In this document: one piece after another, positions 13,297-36,896 of the stretch
How positions within the stretch are numbered: the first letter of the stretch is position 1
Layout of the letters: every line of letters starts with the position of its first letter
Origin: Anthoceros angustus
Taxonomy: Eukaryota > Plantae > Anthocerotophyta
Assembly: GCA_010909165.1 (NCBI GenBank)
Contig: MU008209.1
Span: 262,109-326,108 of the forward strand
Length of the DNA stretch: 64,000 bases
Direction of reading: 5' to 3'
Notes under the pieces: generated by a model
What the model was told of the DNA's origin: nothing
Database searches by the model: none
The model's input: the letters and a program-made list of their open reading frames with translations, nothing else
Translations under genes and position numbers: made by a program

Positions 13297-16127
13297 GGCA
13301 AAACCGTCCATGAATGCTTCTTGGCCTTTCATCTGCCATAATACCATCTCCTTAATGTACCTCCCTTCAAAAGCGTCTGTATTCTTGGTTACCCACCAGT
13401 GAACTTTGAAGAAAGGTACCTCGCACCACAAGTTTATCTAAAGCACTTTCGCAATCCAAAAAGGTCGGTCCTCTAGATCTTCTTCGCAAGGCACCGCTAG
13501 CATATCACTAGGAACAACTTCGGAGACATCTCTATTCAAACTCTCATGCTCCCTCTCACAAGCACTATTGTCATAGTAAGCGCCCAAATACATATCTCGT
13601 CTTGGGAGCTCCTTGAGCAAAGGGTGTGGAAGGATATCCTCCTCTAGAATATTCATCGAAAGAAACTGTGCTTCAACAAATATTCTTTTGTACCACACCC
13701 AAAGAGTTTGTACTATACTGAGTTGTTCTGCGAAGAACTCTTCCCACCAAACGTCTTCACCTTCTCCAAGTCTATCCTTCAATTTTTCTCCAACTTCTTT
13801 CTATTAAGATTTTTACAGGTCTTCTATTGCTCTCATGCTTCTCACTCCTATTGAGGCAATGGTTGCCTTGATGGTTGTTGTTGGAATTTCTCTCATAAAT
13901 TTGAAGCCATTCATCTGTGGACCAATAAGGATTCGTTGAGTAGGGTAATTGTTTTCTCTGCATTACAGTAAGCTCGCCTTGCTCTCCTCTGGTCTCACGT
14001 CTTGGAATCATGACGATTCAAAGGTTTCCCGGGGAAACAATCAATCATGAAAATACGTTGATCCTCCATAATCATCCTTAGTTTGATTGTTTATGGTCTA
14101 CCCTTTGCTTTATTCCTTATTCAATGCTTCAATTTTTGCAGCTTGGTCCAAATGTGCAAGACTGGAGGTGGTGTTTGGAGGATGCTGCAAAATACCCAAT
14201 GCACAAGTGGTACACAAGTTGTTACTAAATTTTTGTTCAACTTTCTTAAGCAAATTGGAGACGATATCGAGATTCAGTTAGAAGATTATGAGACTCCATC
14301 TTCCGCTCAAAGTGCCCTTGACAAGATGAAGACCTCGTATACAGTAGATGAGATGATGATTTTCTTGAAGAAATGGAGTTTCCTGCTGGGGCTAAGGACT
14401 GAGAGAAACACATAAACACATATGTTTGAGCATGATGTTTGCAAGTTGGAAACAACTAAGCATGGGATGAAGCTCATGCACAGATCACAGGCTACAGTCT
14501 TCACGAAGGTATCGATATAATGAAATTCAGTTTAATATGTTTCATTCTTAAGGTTTTATTGCAGTTTCATTGCAAAGGTTTGAAGACGTGGCAAGATTGT
14601 GTGAGAGAGCTTATGGGTCACAATTCAAATGCCAAGCACAGAAGAAGAGTGGAAGATGGAAGATCATAGTATAGGACGTCAACGTTTATGAAACCTTTTC
14701 TATCCTTACATGGGCTTCATTTTTACATACTAACTTATCAACTTTGGGAGTATACACTAAAGGTAAATTTTTAATCTTCAATGTAACTTACGTTATAAAA
14801 TCACTGGATACATTAGACTGATTGCTCTACATTATTGTCGTCCTTACAAGTTGCTTTCGCCGCTTATGTCATAAAGACTAGATCAAGTTTCACCAATTTA
14901 AGGCTTTGAATATTCCACCATTGCCAAATTCTTATTGTCAGTTGCCGCAAGATTGAAGGATTGCAAAAGTATGGGAAATTTTTTTGATGAAGACAAAGAG
15001 GTGGACATGGTCCATTCTTATACTTTCCTTCGAAATCATGTTTTTTTAACCCCAATTGGTCTAATTGGATTGCTTATGCTTCTTCTTCTCCTTATGCAAC
15101 CAACAATACGGCCTCTATATGAGCTTGGTGACGAGTTGTGGGTGCACAACATAACCTTAACTACAATTTAGTATTATGAATAGCTAGTACCTAGCCTAGA
15201 AAGGTCGGACACTTAATGTTGATAGATCAACATGTGATTAGTAAAACAAGTTCAACATATGTGTGATTGCTCAAACCATGGTAGGCCATATGGTTTGTTG
15301 ATGAGTTGCAAAACGTAAGCAAACATAAGTCGTGGTCAAAGAGAACTGGCAATCATGACTTAAAGACCATTCTAGAGATTTGGGTGCGAATTTGAGGTGA
15401 GCATGGCCGAAAGTCGTGGCTAGAGCAGATATAGACTGCATATGCGTAAGGCACGAGGCTTCTTGTATAAAGCCTTCTAGAGGGAACGAGATCAGTTTAG
15501 TTGTTTGAGGTTTTAATGGCGAGTAGGTTAGGGAAATTGTTTCTGCATGCTTTCTCTAGAGAAACGTGTGGTTACTTACTAATTGAAAGTAGAATGAAGT
15601 TGTCATTGCGAACTTGCTACAACTCAAAAAATAGAATTTAGAGTGTTCTCAACATGCTTGTATGAACATATATGTGTCGCAAATATCTTGTCGATAAGAA
15701 TCTTGTTGTTGTCTCATTTTTCTCACTTTTCCTTCATGCTGACCTTGTTGTGTTTTAGAAGAACGCATATGAGCTTGCCGCATATTGAAAATTTAGAATA
15801 CCTTTACTAGCTTGCTGAATATTGGAAATTCAGAATAACTTTACTAGCTTGCTGACATATGTTAGCACGACAACATTCAACCGTACCTTGCTCAAGATAC
15901 ATAATAAATATCTCAGGCTTTGGAAGCCGCTCATTAACATATTAGTCATTTCCTTACCAGGTATGGCACAAAAACTTTATGGTCTTGGACTTTCCTCCTC
16001 ATTGAGGTTGAGGTGGAAAAGATACAAGCTTCTTTTTTCGTCGTGCTCATGTTGCCTATATGCGCTATATGCCTTATGTTTTGTTTTTCTGATTTTTTCG
16101 CCTCGGGGAGCCCTTAAAACTTGACAG

Positions 16128-16262
16128 TCTCAACATCCTGTGGTAGAAGTAAGCCCAACTTCGACACATCCCAACCCACATCCCAAGCCCAAATACCCAA
16201 CTTCGACACATCTTGTGGTAGAAGTAAGCCCATCCAAATACCCAACTTTGATGTTGCAGGTG
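16128..16262. repeat. Short local repeats (GTGGTAGAAGTAAGCCCA x2; CCCAACTTCGACACATC x2)
   Basis: Directly visible. Confidence 0.7.
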
Positions 16263-17749
16263 TGGTATGAGATTTTTGGACTAATTTTCTTTGAGTATAA
16301 TGCTCGCACAATATAGAATACTGTTAACCTTAGTGTAGATGATCACCTAATTCTCTTTTATACCTACATAATGATTATATACTTCATAAAATTTTTTCAT
16401 AAAAATAATCTAATTAGGTTAATAAACTCATTGAAATAAAAATAATACCTATTACATATTTCTAATTCCTTAGGTAGTTAACTAGCAAACTAAATGCTAC
16501 TTCCAACAACATACAGGTACCTATCATGTTCCGTTTTCGACACGACAGAGTGAGGCATTGCGCACAAAGAGAGCGGTATCATAGGCCCGGACCATCACGA
16601 CGGATGCGCTCTGCCAATATCCATGTGAAACTGTACATGCGTGTGTGGGTTGTGGCTGGTATGTGGGTGGTGTACAACTGGACTCCGCCAGCCCTGGGAA
16701 GAAGGCCGAACAACAGTGTAGCGGCAGCGCCGTACTCCCCTGATGAGGACTCTGGGAGTCAATGGCAGTGCTCCGGAGCAGGGGCTGGCAGAACAGGGCG
16801 TACAGCTACCTATGTGTGTGGTAGACCTGGTATTTTGGGTGTTTGGGTTGTTGGTTTGAGCAAGAGGGACATGAAACTACCATCCTCAGGTAGAAATCCT
16901 GTTCCTCAGTACAACGTGAGATGACTGTGCATGGTTAGTGGATGCCAGTGGTAGAACTGGAGTACGAGTGGGGCACGAGCGAATGCTGCTGCAGGTTTGA
17001 GGGTATGTAAATGTCGCTTGCTTGAAGCAACAGGCAGCTACCGAATCACCGACATCGGATGTTTGGGTCTCCAGCGAGATGCAGTTTCACTCCTGGGCTG
17101 CCAAGTGACCAACCGTCTGCTTCCACAGATGCAGCCCAGGAGTATCTGACCTGGCTGAAGCCCTAGAAGCCCTCCAAAAACAGGACAATGCCCGTGAAGA
17201 TGCCCGCAGTAGTGGCCACCATAGCCTGCTCAGGGAGTAGCAAGCAGCGTTACAAATCTTTCTGTGTGTCGGGTTCCTTGTGTGCTCAAGACACGTGAAT
17301 GACAACTTGAACGAAGTCTAGGTTCTCGAAGGGTTTACCGCAACAGCACATGCAGCAAGTCCGGCCCGCTCTCTGGGGTCATTCTCCTGATAGGCAGAAA
17401 AATACAGGTAGGAGGCGTAGAGCCAGGTCAGCGGAATTCCAAAACCCAGCAGAAACCTGCACATGTGAGATAACGTTCAGCTGAATTTGAGAACTGGGAA
17501 ACCGGAATGAAACCACCGAAGTCTGGTAAACCCACAGGAACCAGCCGATGCCACAGCCGAAGAAAGGCAACGGTTCATCATACAGTCCCAAGTAGGGATG
17601 CGGGTCTATGCTGCCTCCATGATGCTGTCCTCGAAGCCGTCCGTATGCACCTGCACTCCAAAACATTTGTCACTTTCAGTTCATAACATAGCTCTTTTTC
17701 TTTGAAGAGATCCAACATTGGCTCTTATGGCTTAAGGAAACCAGACATC

Positions 17750-29685
<11,936 letters not shown>

Positions 29686-29769
29686 AAGCACTGCCAAGTT
29701 CACCATGCATCTTCATCTTCCGGTCAGCCGTACCTAAGCTGCTTTCTCGCTTCTATTCTGTATGGTACA

Positions 29770-29965
29770 TTGGAGTTGAGAACGGAAGTTCCGTTGGAGT
29801 TGAGAACGGAAGTTCCATCATGCTTCCTCCACGAAGGCTTTCATCTCAGTACCGAAGGTTCTTCTCGTTTCGGCTCCTGTGTGGAAATCAGCGTTTGTTA
29901 CGTTGGAGTCCTGATAACGGAAGTTCGATCAACACTATGCCTCCTCCATGACGGCTTTCATCACA
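29770..29965. repeat. Short direct repeats (TTGGAGTTGAGAACGGAAGTTCC x2 plus degenerate copies)
   Basis: Directly visible between the LeuRS stop and the PPR start. Confidence 0.7.
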
Positions 29966-30036
29966 CAGGATGAGAATCAATTCATGGAAGCTAGATTGTT
30001 ATTCGCGTAGATGTCAGCTGCCAGTGGTTGCGAGCT

Positions 30037-32640
30037 ATGGCTGTCTGGAGCGTTGCAATTGAGACAGGCAAAGGGCAACTGGACCCGTTGTGGGCACGGT
30101 CCTCGTGGACCCAACAAAGTGGTGGGCTGCCAGCTGCCGGACGTCTAACTTCAAGAAACCAGGACTTGGCAAACAACGAACCTCCGATGTGCAGCACCTT
30201 TAGAAACTCACCCAGTCCAGTAGTATGTCGGGCTGGAGACAGAACCTCCATCGACCAAGAGCTTGATGCGCTGGATACGAAGATCGGTCGTCGCAGGCAT
30301 TCAGGGTACGAAAGGAGTGTAACGGCTGAGACCGTGATCAAGTTATGTCGTCAAGGCCATCTCTCTGAGGCTGTTAACGCTTTGGAAGTTCTGGTAGAGA
30401 CAGACTGTCGTGTCTCCAGGCCCCTCTTTTACACTGTGCTGAAGGAATGTGTGGTGAAGAAGGATGTTCGTCTAGGTAGCCGAGTCCATGCTTTCACGGC
30501 AAAGATGGGTTACGAGTCAGATACGTTCCTGTGCAATTACATTCTGCGAATGTATGCCTCTCATGGCAGGCTGCAAGACGCGGTGGATGTGTTTGAAGCC
30601 GTTGCAAAACCAGATGCCTTCATGTGGTCTTCCATAATTTTTGCACATGTTAAACACGGACAAGACAGGCAGGCCCTACAACTGTATAATCGGATGCGCA
30701 AGTCCAGTGTGAAGCCAGACGGCCATGTATTTGTGGCAGCCCTTCAGGCTTGTGCAAGGGGGCAAGACTTGAAAACTGGGCAGGAGCTACATGCTGCTGT
30801 GTTAGCTTGTGGCGTTGAGCCGAATGTGTTTGTCTCTAGTTGCTTGGTGGACATGTATGCAAAGTGTGGCAGCTTAGAAGACGCTCAAAGAGTGTTTGAC
30901 GCACTTGGCCAAAAGAATGTGGTCACGTGGACTGCTCTAATAGCAGGATATTACCAGCAGGGCAATGGGCAGGAAGCTCTTCGTCTCTTCAGGGAAATGG
31001 AAGCAGAAGGCATCGCTGTACCCAATTCGGTGACATTTGTGTGCCTCCTGCAGGCATGTGCAAGTGTGGGCACTCCAGCTTTGGAGATGGGGAAGCAGAT
31101 TCATGTGCAGATCAGAGAACGAGGCCATCAAGATGATGTGTTTGTAGCCAACAGTTTGGTGAACATGTATGCAAAGTGTGGCAGCTTGGAGGATGCTCAG
31201 GGAGTGTTTGACGGACTTGATCGGAAAGATGTGGTGACATGGAATGCCCTGATGGTAGGATATACCAAGCAGAGCATGGGCCATGAAGCCCTTCGTCTCT
31301 ATCGAGCTATGCAGAAAGAAGGCTTGGTTGCACCCAATTGCCCGACATTCGCATGCCTCCTGCAGGCATGCGCAGGTGTGGGCACTTCAGCTTTGGAGGT
31401 GGGGAAGCAGCTTGACAAGCATATTAGAGAACAAGGACATCAAGATGATGTGGTTCTAGCCAACAGTTTGGTGAACATGTATGCTAAGTGTGGCAGCTTG
31501 GAAGACGCTCAGAGGGTGTTTGATGGACTGGATCAAAAGAACGTTGTGACGTGGAATGCCATGATAGCAGGATACTCTCAGCAGGGCATGGGGCAGGAAG
31601 CCCTTCGACTTTACATAGCCATGGAACAAGAGGGCATCACTGTACCTGATGCCGTGACATTTGTCTGCCTCCTTCAGGCATGTGCAAATGTGGCAGCTTT
31701 GCATCTGGGAAGGCAGCTGCATGCACAGATTGAAGAGCAAGGGCTTCAAGCTGATGTGTTTGTAGCCAGCAGTTTGGTGAACATGTATGGAAAATCTGGG
31801 AGCATGGTTGATGCACGACAGGTGTTCGATGAATTGCCTGAACGAGGCATTGTTTCCTGGAGTGCACTGATTGCAGGCTACTCCTGCCAGGGAGACAGTG
31901 AAGTGGTCTTCGACCTGGTGCAGAGAATGACAGAGGACGGCATTCAGCCAGACAGCATCACTTTCCTCAGCATACTAACGGTCTGCAGCCACGCAAGTCT
32001 AGTGGACAAGGGGAGTGAGTACTTCCAGGCTATGAGCAGGAACTACGGAATCTCACCCACAGTAGAGCACTACACATGCATGGTGGATCTCCTGGGCCGT
32101 GCAGGCCTACTCAATGAGGCATTATCTGTGGTAAGAACAATGCCTGTCCCGCCCAATGCTGCTGTGTGGCACACTCTGCTGGGTGCTTGTAGAAAGTGGA
32201 GCAACGTCGAAGTAGGACGTCACGCTTTCGACCAAGCAGTGAAGCTAGACAATAGAGATGCTGCAGCATATGTGTTGATGTCCAACATATACAGGAGTGC
32301 AGAGATGTGGGATCAGGCAGGCGAGATACGGTCGAGGAGGACAAGCATCAGGACATGGAAGCAGCGAGCTCAGAGCTGGTGGACAGACATGGCTGGACTG
32401 GTGCATAGTTTTCTGGCTGCGGATGAAAAGCATCCCAAGAATCAAGCCAGGCTGAAACACATGTTTTCCAAATTGAAGAATGAAGAATATGCAGACTCTT
32501 CACCGACAGACTTCTCTGTTGATATAAAGCAAAATGGTTTGCATGGGCACAGCGAGCAGCTGGCTATGTTACCTTCCCTCAACGACAAACCCCATATTCC
32601 TTGTGAAAGATACACCTTGAGACATTGTTTGATCTCTTGA
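30037..32640 (+). CDS. Intronless PLS-class pentatricopeptide repeat protein with E1/E2 and a truncated WW-type DYW domain (candidate organellar RNA-editing factor)
   Basis: Repeated P-L-S triplets (LVNMYAKCGSLEDAQRVFD, VVTWNAMIAGY, VTFVCLLQACA), HYTCMVDLLGRAG, WHTLLGAC and AYVLMSNIY, followed by AQSWW and HSEQLA. There is no CxxC or terminal DYW. Confidence 0.92.
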   Translation: MAVWSVAIETGKGQLDPLWARSSWTQQSGGLPAAGRLTSRNQDLANNEPPMCSTFRNSPSPVVCRAGDRTSIDQELDALDTKIGRRRHSGYERSVTAETVIKLCRQGHLSEAVNALEVLVETDCRVSRPLFYTVLKECVVKKDVRLGSRVHAFTAKMGYESDTFLCNYILRMYASHGRLQDAVDVFEAVAKPDAFMWSSIIFAHVKHGQDRQALQLYNRMRKSSVKPDGHVFVAALQACARGQDLKTGQELHAAVLACGVEPNVFVSSCLVDMYAKCGSLEDAQRVFDALGQKNVVTWTALIAGYYQQGNGQEALRLFREMEAEGIAVPNSVTFVCLLQACASVGTPALEMGKQIHVQIRERGHQDDVFVANSLVNMYAKCGSLEDAQGVFDGLDRKDVVTWNALMVGYTKQSMGHEALRLYRAMQKEGLVAPNCPTFACLLQACAGVGTSALEVGKQLDKHIREQGHQDDVVLANSLVNMYAKCGSLEDAQRVFDGLDQKNVVTWNAMIAGYSQQGMGQEALRLYIAMEQEGITVPDAVTFVCLLQACANVAALHLGRQLHAQIEEQGLQADVFVASSLVNMYGKSGSMVDARQVFDELPERGIVSWSALIAGYSCQGDSEVVFDLVQRMTEDGIQPDSITFLSILTVCSHASLVDKGSEYFQAMSRNYGISPTVEHYTCMVDLLGRAGLLNEALSVVRTMPVPPNAAVWHTLLGACRKWSNVEVGRHAFDQAVKLDNRDAAAYVLMSNIYRSAEMWDQAGEIRSRRTSIRTWKQRAQSWWTDMAGLVHSFLAADEKHPKNQARLKHMFSKLKNEEYADSSPTDFSVDIKQNGLHGHSEQLAMLPSLNDKPHIPCERYTLRHCLIS

Positions 32641-32941
32641 AAAACTTACTCAAAGGAAGAAAACAATCGATGTTTGTGTCTGCGAAGTTAAGAACAAAGG
32701 CAGCTTAATTCGGTGATTTGATGCATTTTGGTGGTTGATACGGCTAACCAAATCGATAATACTTTTACCAAATCGTGAATCCTGATTCGTGATTCATGTC
32801 GTGTCCTCCTTTTTAGAAACCGGAGCCTGGACGTTGTGTGAACTTAGTAACAGAGGCGCGGAATGGAGTCCGATTGATAGCCGCTAATTTGCTGGAGTGT
32901 CGAGCGACTGTGAAGCGCGCGAGTTCTGGTCACAAGCAGCG

Positions 32942-35900
32942 ATGGAGATCATGTCTGCTGTGGCGGAAAGCGGGGACAGGAGGTTGCAGGCCAAGTTCAA
33001 GCATTCGCTCAATGTGGTGGATCGGACTCTTGCACTTTACAGGTAAGTGTTTTTGATATTGCATCGATGTTGCCTCCTTGTTTGTGTGCTTGCTACCCTG
33101 GCTTCGTGCATGGTCTCTGGTGGTTTTGGATCTTGTCCATTTGATTTTCTTCCGGAAGTGATGTTTCAAGCATCTCACTCTCCGGCGTCCTGCGTGGATT
33201 CTGAGAGTGTCATTGCTTGGAGTCTGTCCATTGTAGGAGTTTAACGCCTGTTTCCTATAGGTTTGAAGAGGTGGCTTTCAGTTTCAACGGTGGCAAAGAT
33301 TCCACTGTAAGTCCCAGGGATAAGAATTGGGATATGAATTGAGAGGCCATTGTCGTTTCGAGTTTGAGGCAGGAGTTACTGGTTGCTGATTACAATGCCT
33401 ATGCTTGGTACAGGTTCTCTTGCACCTTCTGCGAGCAGGTTTCGCCGCAGCTGCTTCGAGATCGTGTTCAGGATCTGCCGATCCTAAAAGCCCTTCCTCA
33501 GCTACCCCGCATTCTATCACGACAATTTATTTCAGAAGTCCGAACGCATTTCCGGAAATTGATGCTTTTACGTTAGAAACTGCCAAAAGGTGACCTCCAC
33601 TGTTTAGATTGCGAATCTGGGAGTGTGGAGAGGTTAGAGCTGCGTGTCGTTGATTTAGTATGTGCTGGCTCGTGACAGGTATAACCTAGAGCTTAAAGAG
33701 ATTAGTCTTGATTTTAAGTCTGGGATTGAAGAACTACGCCGGGACAGGCCAATCATGGCCATTTTTCTTGGTACTCGGATTGGGGATCCCAATGCGGTAT
33801 GTTCCATCACATTCATGTCCGGTTCTGACTTTCGTTTTCGATTCTAGTACTGCCAGTCCACACATTGTCCACGCCTCTCAGTGTCTGAGGTGACTTTTGA
33901 CATGCTGCCTTGCCTTATTCAGGTGGGGCAAGAAAAATTCTCTCCTAGCTCTGCAGGCTGGCCGCCTTTTATGCGAGTGAACCCCATTCTGGATTGGTCT
34001 TACAGGTCAGTGGTTTGGTGTATGGGATCTGCTACTAGTATTGTGATAAGTGGTACTAAAAACAGGCATGGGCCACATTTATCTCGCCCAAGCTGATTGT
34101 ACGTGGTTTATGGACTACTCAGGGACGTATGGGCGTTTCTGCTGGCCTGTCAAGTCCCATACTGCAAGCTGTATGATCAAGGGTGAGACTGGAAGTTTGC
34201 CGTTTCTAGATGCTTGTTTCTTGTTTGCAGGTATCACTAAACGGCTGAACAGGAAGTCATACTTTATGACTAACTTTGCTCACTGTAGTCTGTTCTTTTT
34301 CTAGGTACACATCTATTGGCAGTGTGCACGACACATTACCAAATGGAGCTCTGCTCATCCCCAGATTGGATGGGCAAGTGGAGATGGGAGTTGCACCTGG
34401 ATCTGCAACCTATCGGCCTGCTTATCTTCTTCGGGATGGAAGACTTGAAAGAGCAGGGAGAACAAAGAAACCCTCTTTTAAGTGTAACTCAACAGTGGAT
34501 GCAACAGATAATGGTGACTTATCGGTTGCCAGAGGCAACACTCTGTATGCTGCATCGATCCTAGTCGTGGGCGATGAAATACTGTAAGCTCGGCTATGTC
34601 TTTTGTCTGGGTCACTGGGATTCAGTTTCTTAAAAAGCACTAGGGATACCATAGTGTGTAACCTGATAAGCTGTTCTGCTCTGACAATTATGTGACTGGC
34701 ATCTGTGTCTACTGTTCTAATATGGGGTCTGCTACAGACGAGGAGAAGTTGAGGATCATGTGGGCACCTACCTGAGCCAAGAGCTTCACCTGATTGGTTG
34801 GGCCATTGCTCGTCGAGCCATTCTGCCAAATGATGTATGGTAACATCCTTCCTTTTGTCTATCTGGATATAGGTGGACACTTCACATTCATGCAGGCATT
34901 GTAGTGTATCTGACCTTGTGATAGACACCATACTGGCTTCCAGTGCTACTATATGTTGAACAGTGCAAGTTACTCGGTGGCTACAAGTGCAGATTGACGC
35001 AATTTCCGAGGAAGTTGAGCAGAGATCAGCCACAAACGACCTTGTAAAGTATCTCGGCTTTGCCTGCCATGTGTTTGTGCCGTTCTGCTTAAGTTTTCTA
35101 ATTTGACTTGGCTGCAGGTATTGATTGCAGGCGGTGTTGGTCCTATTCACAGCGATGTTACTTTGGCAGGTGTTGCGAAGGCCTTTGGCGTCCGCCTGGT
35201 ATGTTGGTGGACCGTTGTCTACGTTCTTGTCTCATGGACTTCTGGGCCAAAATGAAATTTGTTTTCGGGTGAGGTACCCCAAGCACCCGTGCATGGTCCA
35301 GACCTGACATGCTTTGACAAAGCAGGCCACAGATGAAGAGTTCGAAGAGGATCTTCGTCAACAGATTGGCGAACATTGCTCTGGTGATCAAAATAAGGTC
35401 TGTTAGTTTGACAAGCTATGAACGCCATTGTTTGACAGTAGTTCTCTCAAACAAACAAGCCTCTCCAAGTGAAGTCCCTACAATCCGTAGTTCCTAGTTC
35501 CCATCCATTGGATATTCCCATTGCAGATGGCGAAGTTACCAGAGGGCATCACAGAGCTTCTGCCGCACAAAGATCTACCAGTTCCTGTGGTAAGCCCCAA
35601 TATGGCCGCCATTTTAACGCGGAAGCGAAAGCATCCTGTCTGTTCCGTTTTAAAAGAGGATACCAGCAGTTCACTGACGTTGGTGTGCAGATCAAGTGCC
35701 AGAATGTATACGTGCTTCCAGCTGCAACGAGAGCGGAGGTGGAGGTCCAGTGGAGATGCTTGCTGGAGCTGAGTAGCGAGAAGGATTTGTTTCGTATTCA
35801 AGGTCCATTTGCCTCTATCAGGCTCTGCACTGCGGTTCCTGAGGTGAGTTTTTGTCTGAGGATTTTTGCTGCTGTGTGCCGAAGCCCTGTTCGTTGAAAG

Positions 35901-36437
35901 GAAGGAACAGGGACAAGAGTTGTGGGTCGACCTACCTACACTACTATTGCTCTAGGCGTTGGGAGGCAAGGAAGGACGCTAAGACCTTCATGCCGTGATG
36001 GGGACTTTCGTGTTGGAGCAGGTTGAGATTGCAGGACCATTATCCCAGCTGGATTCGGAGTATCCAGACCTCACAATAGGTCGGTGGCTGCTATGCTTCG
36101 TTTGAGTAAAAAGCGGAAGAGCAAGCTTTTGTGCTTGTAAATCAAGCATTTAATCTCATATCGAAAACCGGTGTGTAGGCTGCTACAGGGAATCGGCTCG
36201 CTCAGAGGCAGTGAAGGGCAACTGGAACGTGGGAAGGCTTGTGTTGAGTATTATCGGCAAGGTCGGTAACCGGGTTTTCTCCCTTCATGGGCCAAGTGCT
36301 GTTTCTAATCGTTCCGCGGTTTTGGACTGATGCTTTGCTCTGTGGTTTTGCAGAGTGCTCCGAGGGTGACAAGTGCAGCCAAGGCTCTGGAGGCCGCGTT
36401 CGCGCCTGGCGATGTTGTGGAGCTCAGGGATGAGTGA
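32942..36437 (+). CDS. Bifunctional-type FAD synthase (PAPS-reductase-fold FMN adenylyltransferase plus C-terminal molybdopterin-binding/CinA-like domain), multi-exon
   Basis: [19 protein letters not shown]…[12 protein letters not shown]|[43 protein letters not shown]; then [20 protein letters not shown] and MAKLPEG. Stop at 36435-36437. Confidence 0.88.
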
Positions 36438-36896
36438 CGTGGCACACATCAGAGACGCGGCTGCTGGGTTGTTCGCGGGAGCGACGAGCTTTTATATTAT
36501 TATTACTACTGCTGCCGACGCTGTCGCATTCGGTCGGAGGGTGACTCGCAGAGCTCATCTTTGGATGCTCTTTTGGTGATCACTAGTAGTGCGTCACTCC
36601 CATAGATGATGCTATATACACGTCGCGAGCATTATTAACAACCGGCTGAGCTTTGTTGATTCATACAATTCCTCCGGCTGTAGCCGACTATTCCCTCTGC
36701 ATGCGCGGCACGCACTTCGTACCTTTTGCAGGTCCGTCACATTGAGAGTGAGGCCAGGATGCAAATTATGGAGGCTTCCCATTTCCATGTGCATCCCCAG
36801 ACGATGCTCTGCATGTACACGAGAGAGATCATTGGCTCAAGCTGAAGACCCGGTGTTGCCGGGTGTGTTCTACCTACTGCGAATGTGCATGGAGTC

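Larger units (their letters stand above)
9822..16500. mobile_element. Degenerate transposon-derived, AT-richer region with ORF fragments (e.g. LEDRPFWIAKVL)
   Basis: Gene-like exon structure is lost, ORFs are broken, and related fragments recur (DAFEGRY at ~13370, HDFEGKY at ~15030). The family could not be identified by eye. Confidence 0.4.
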
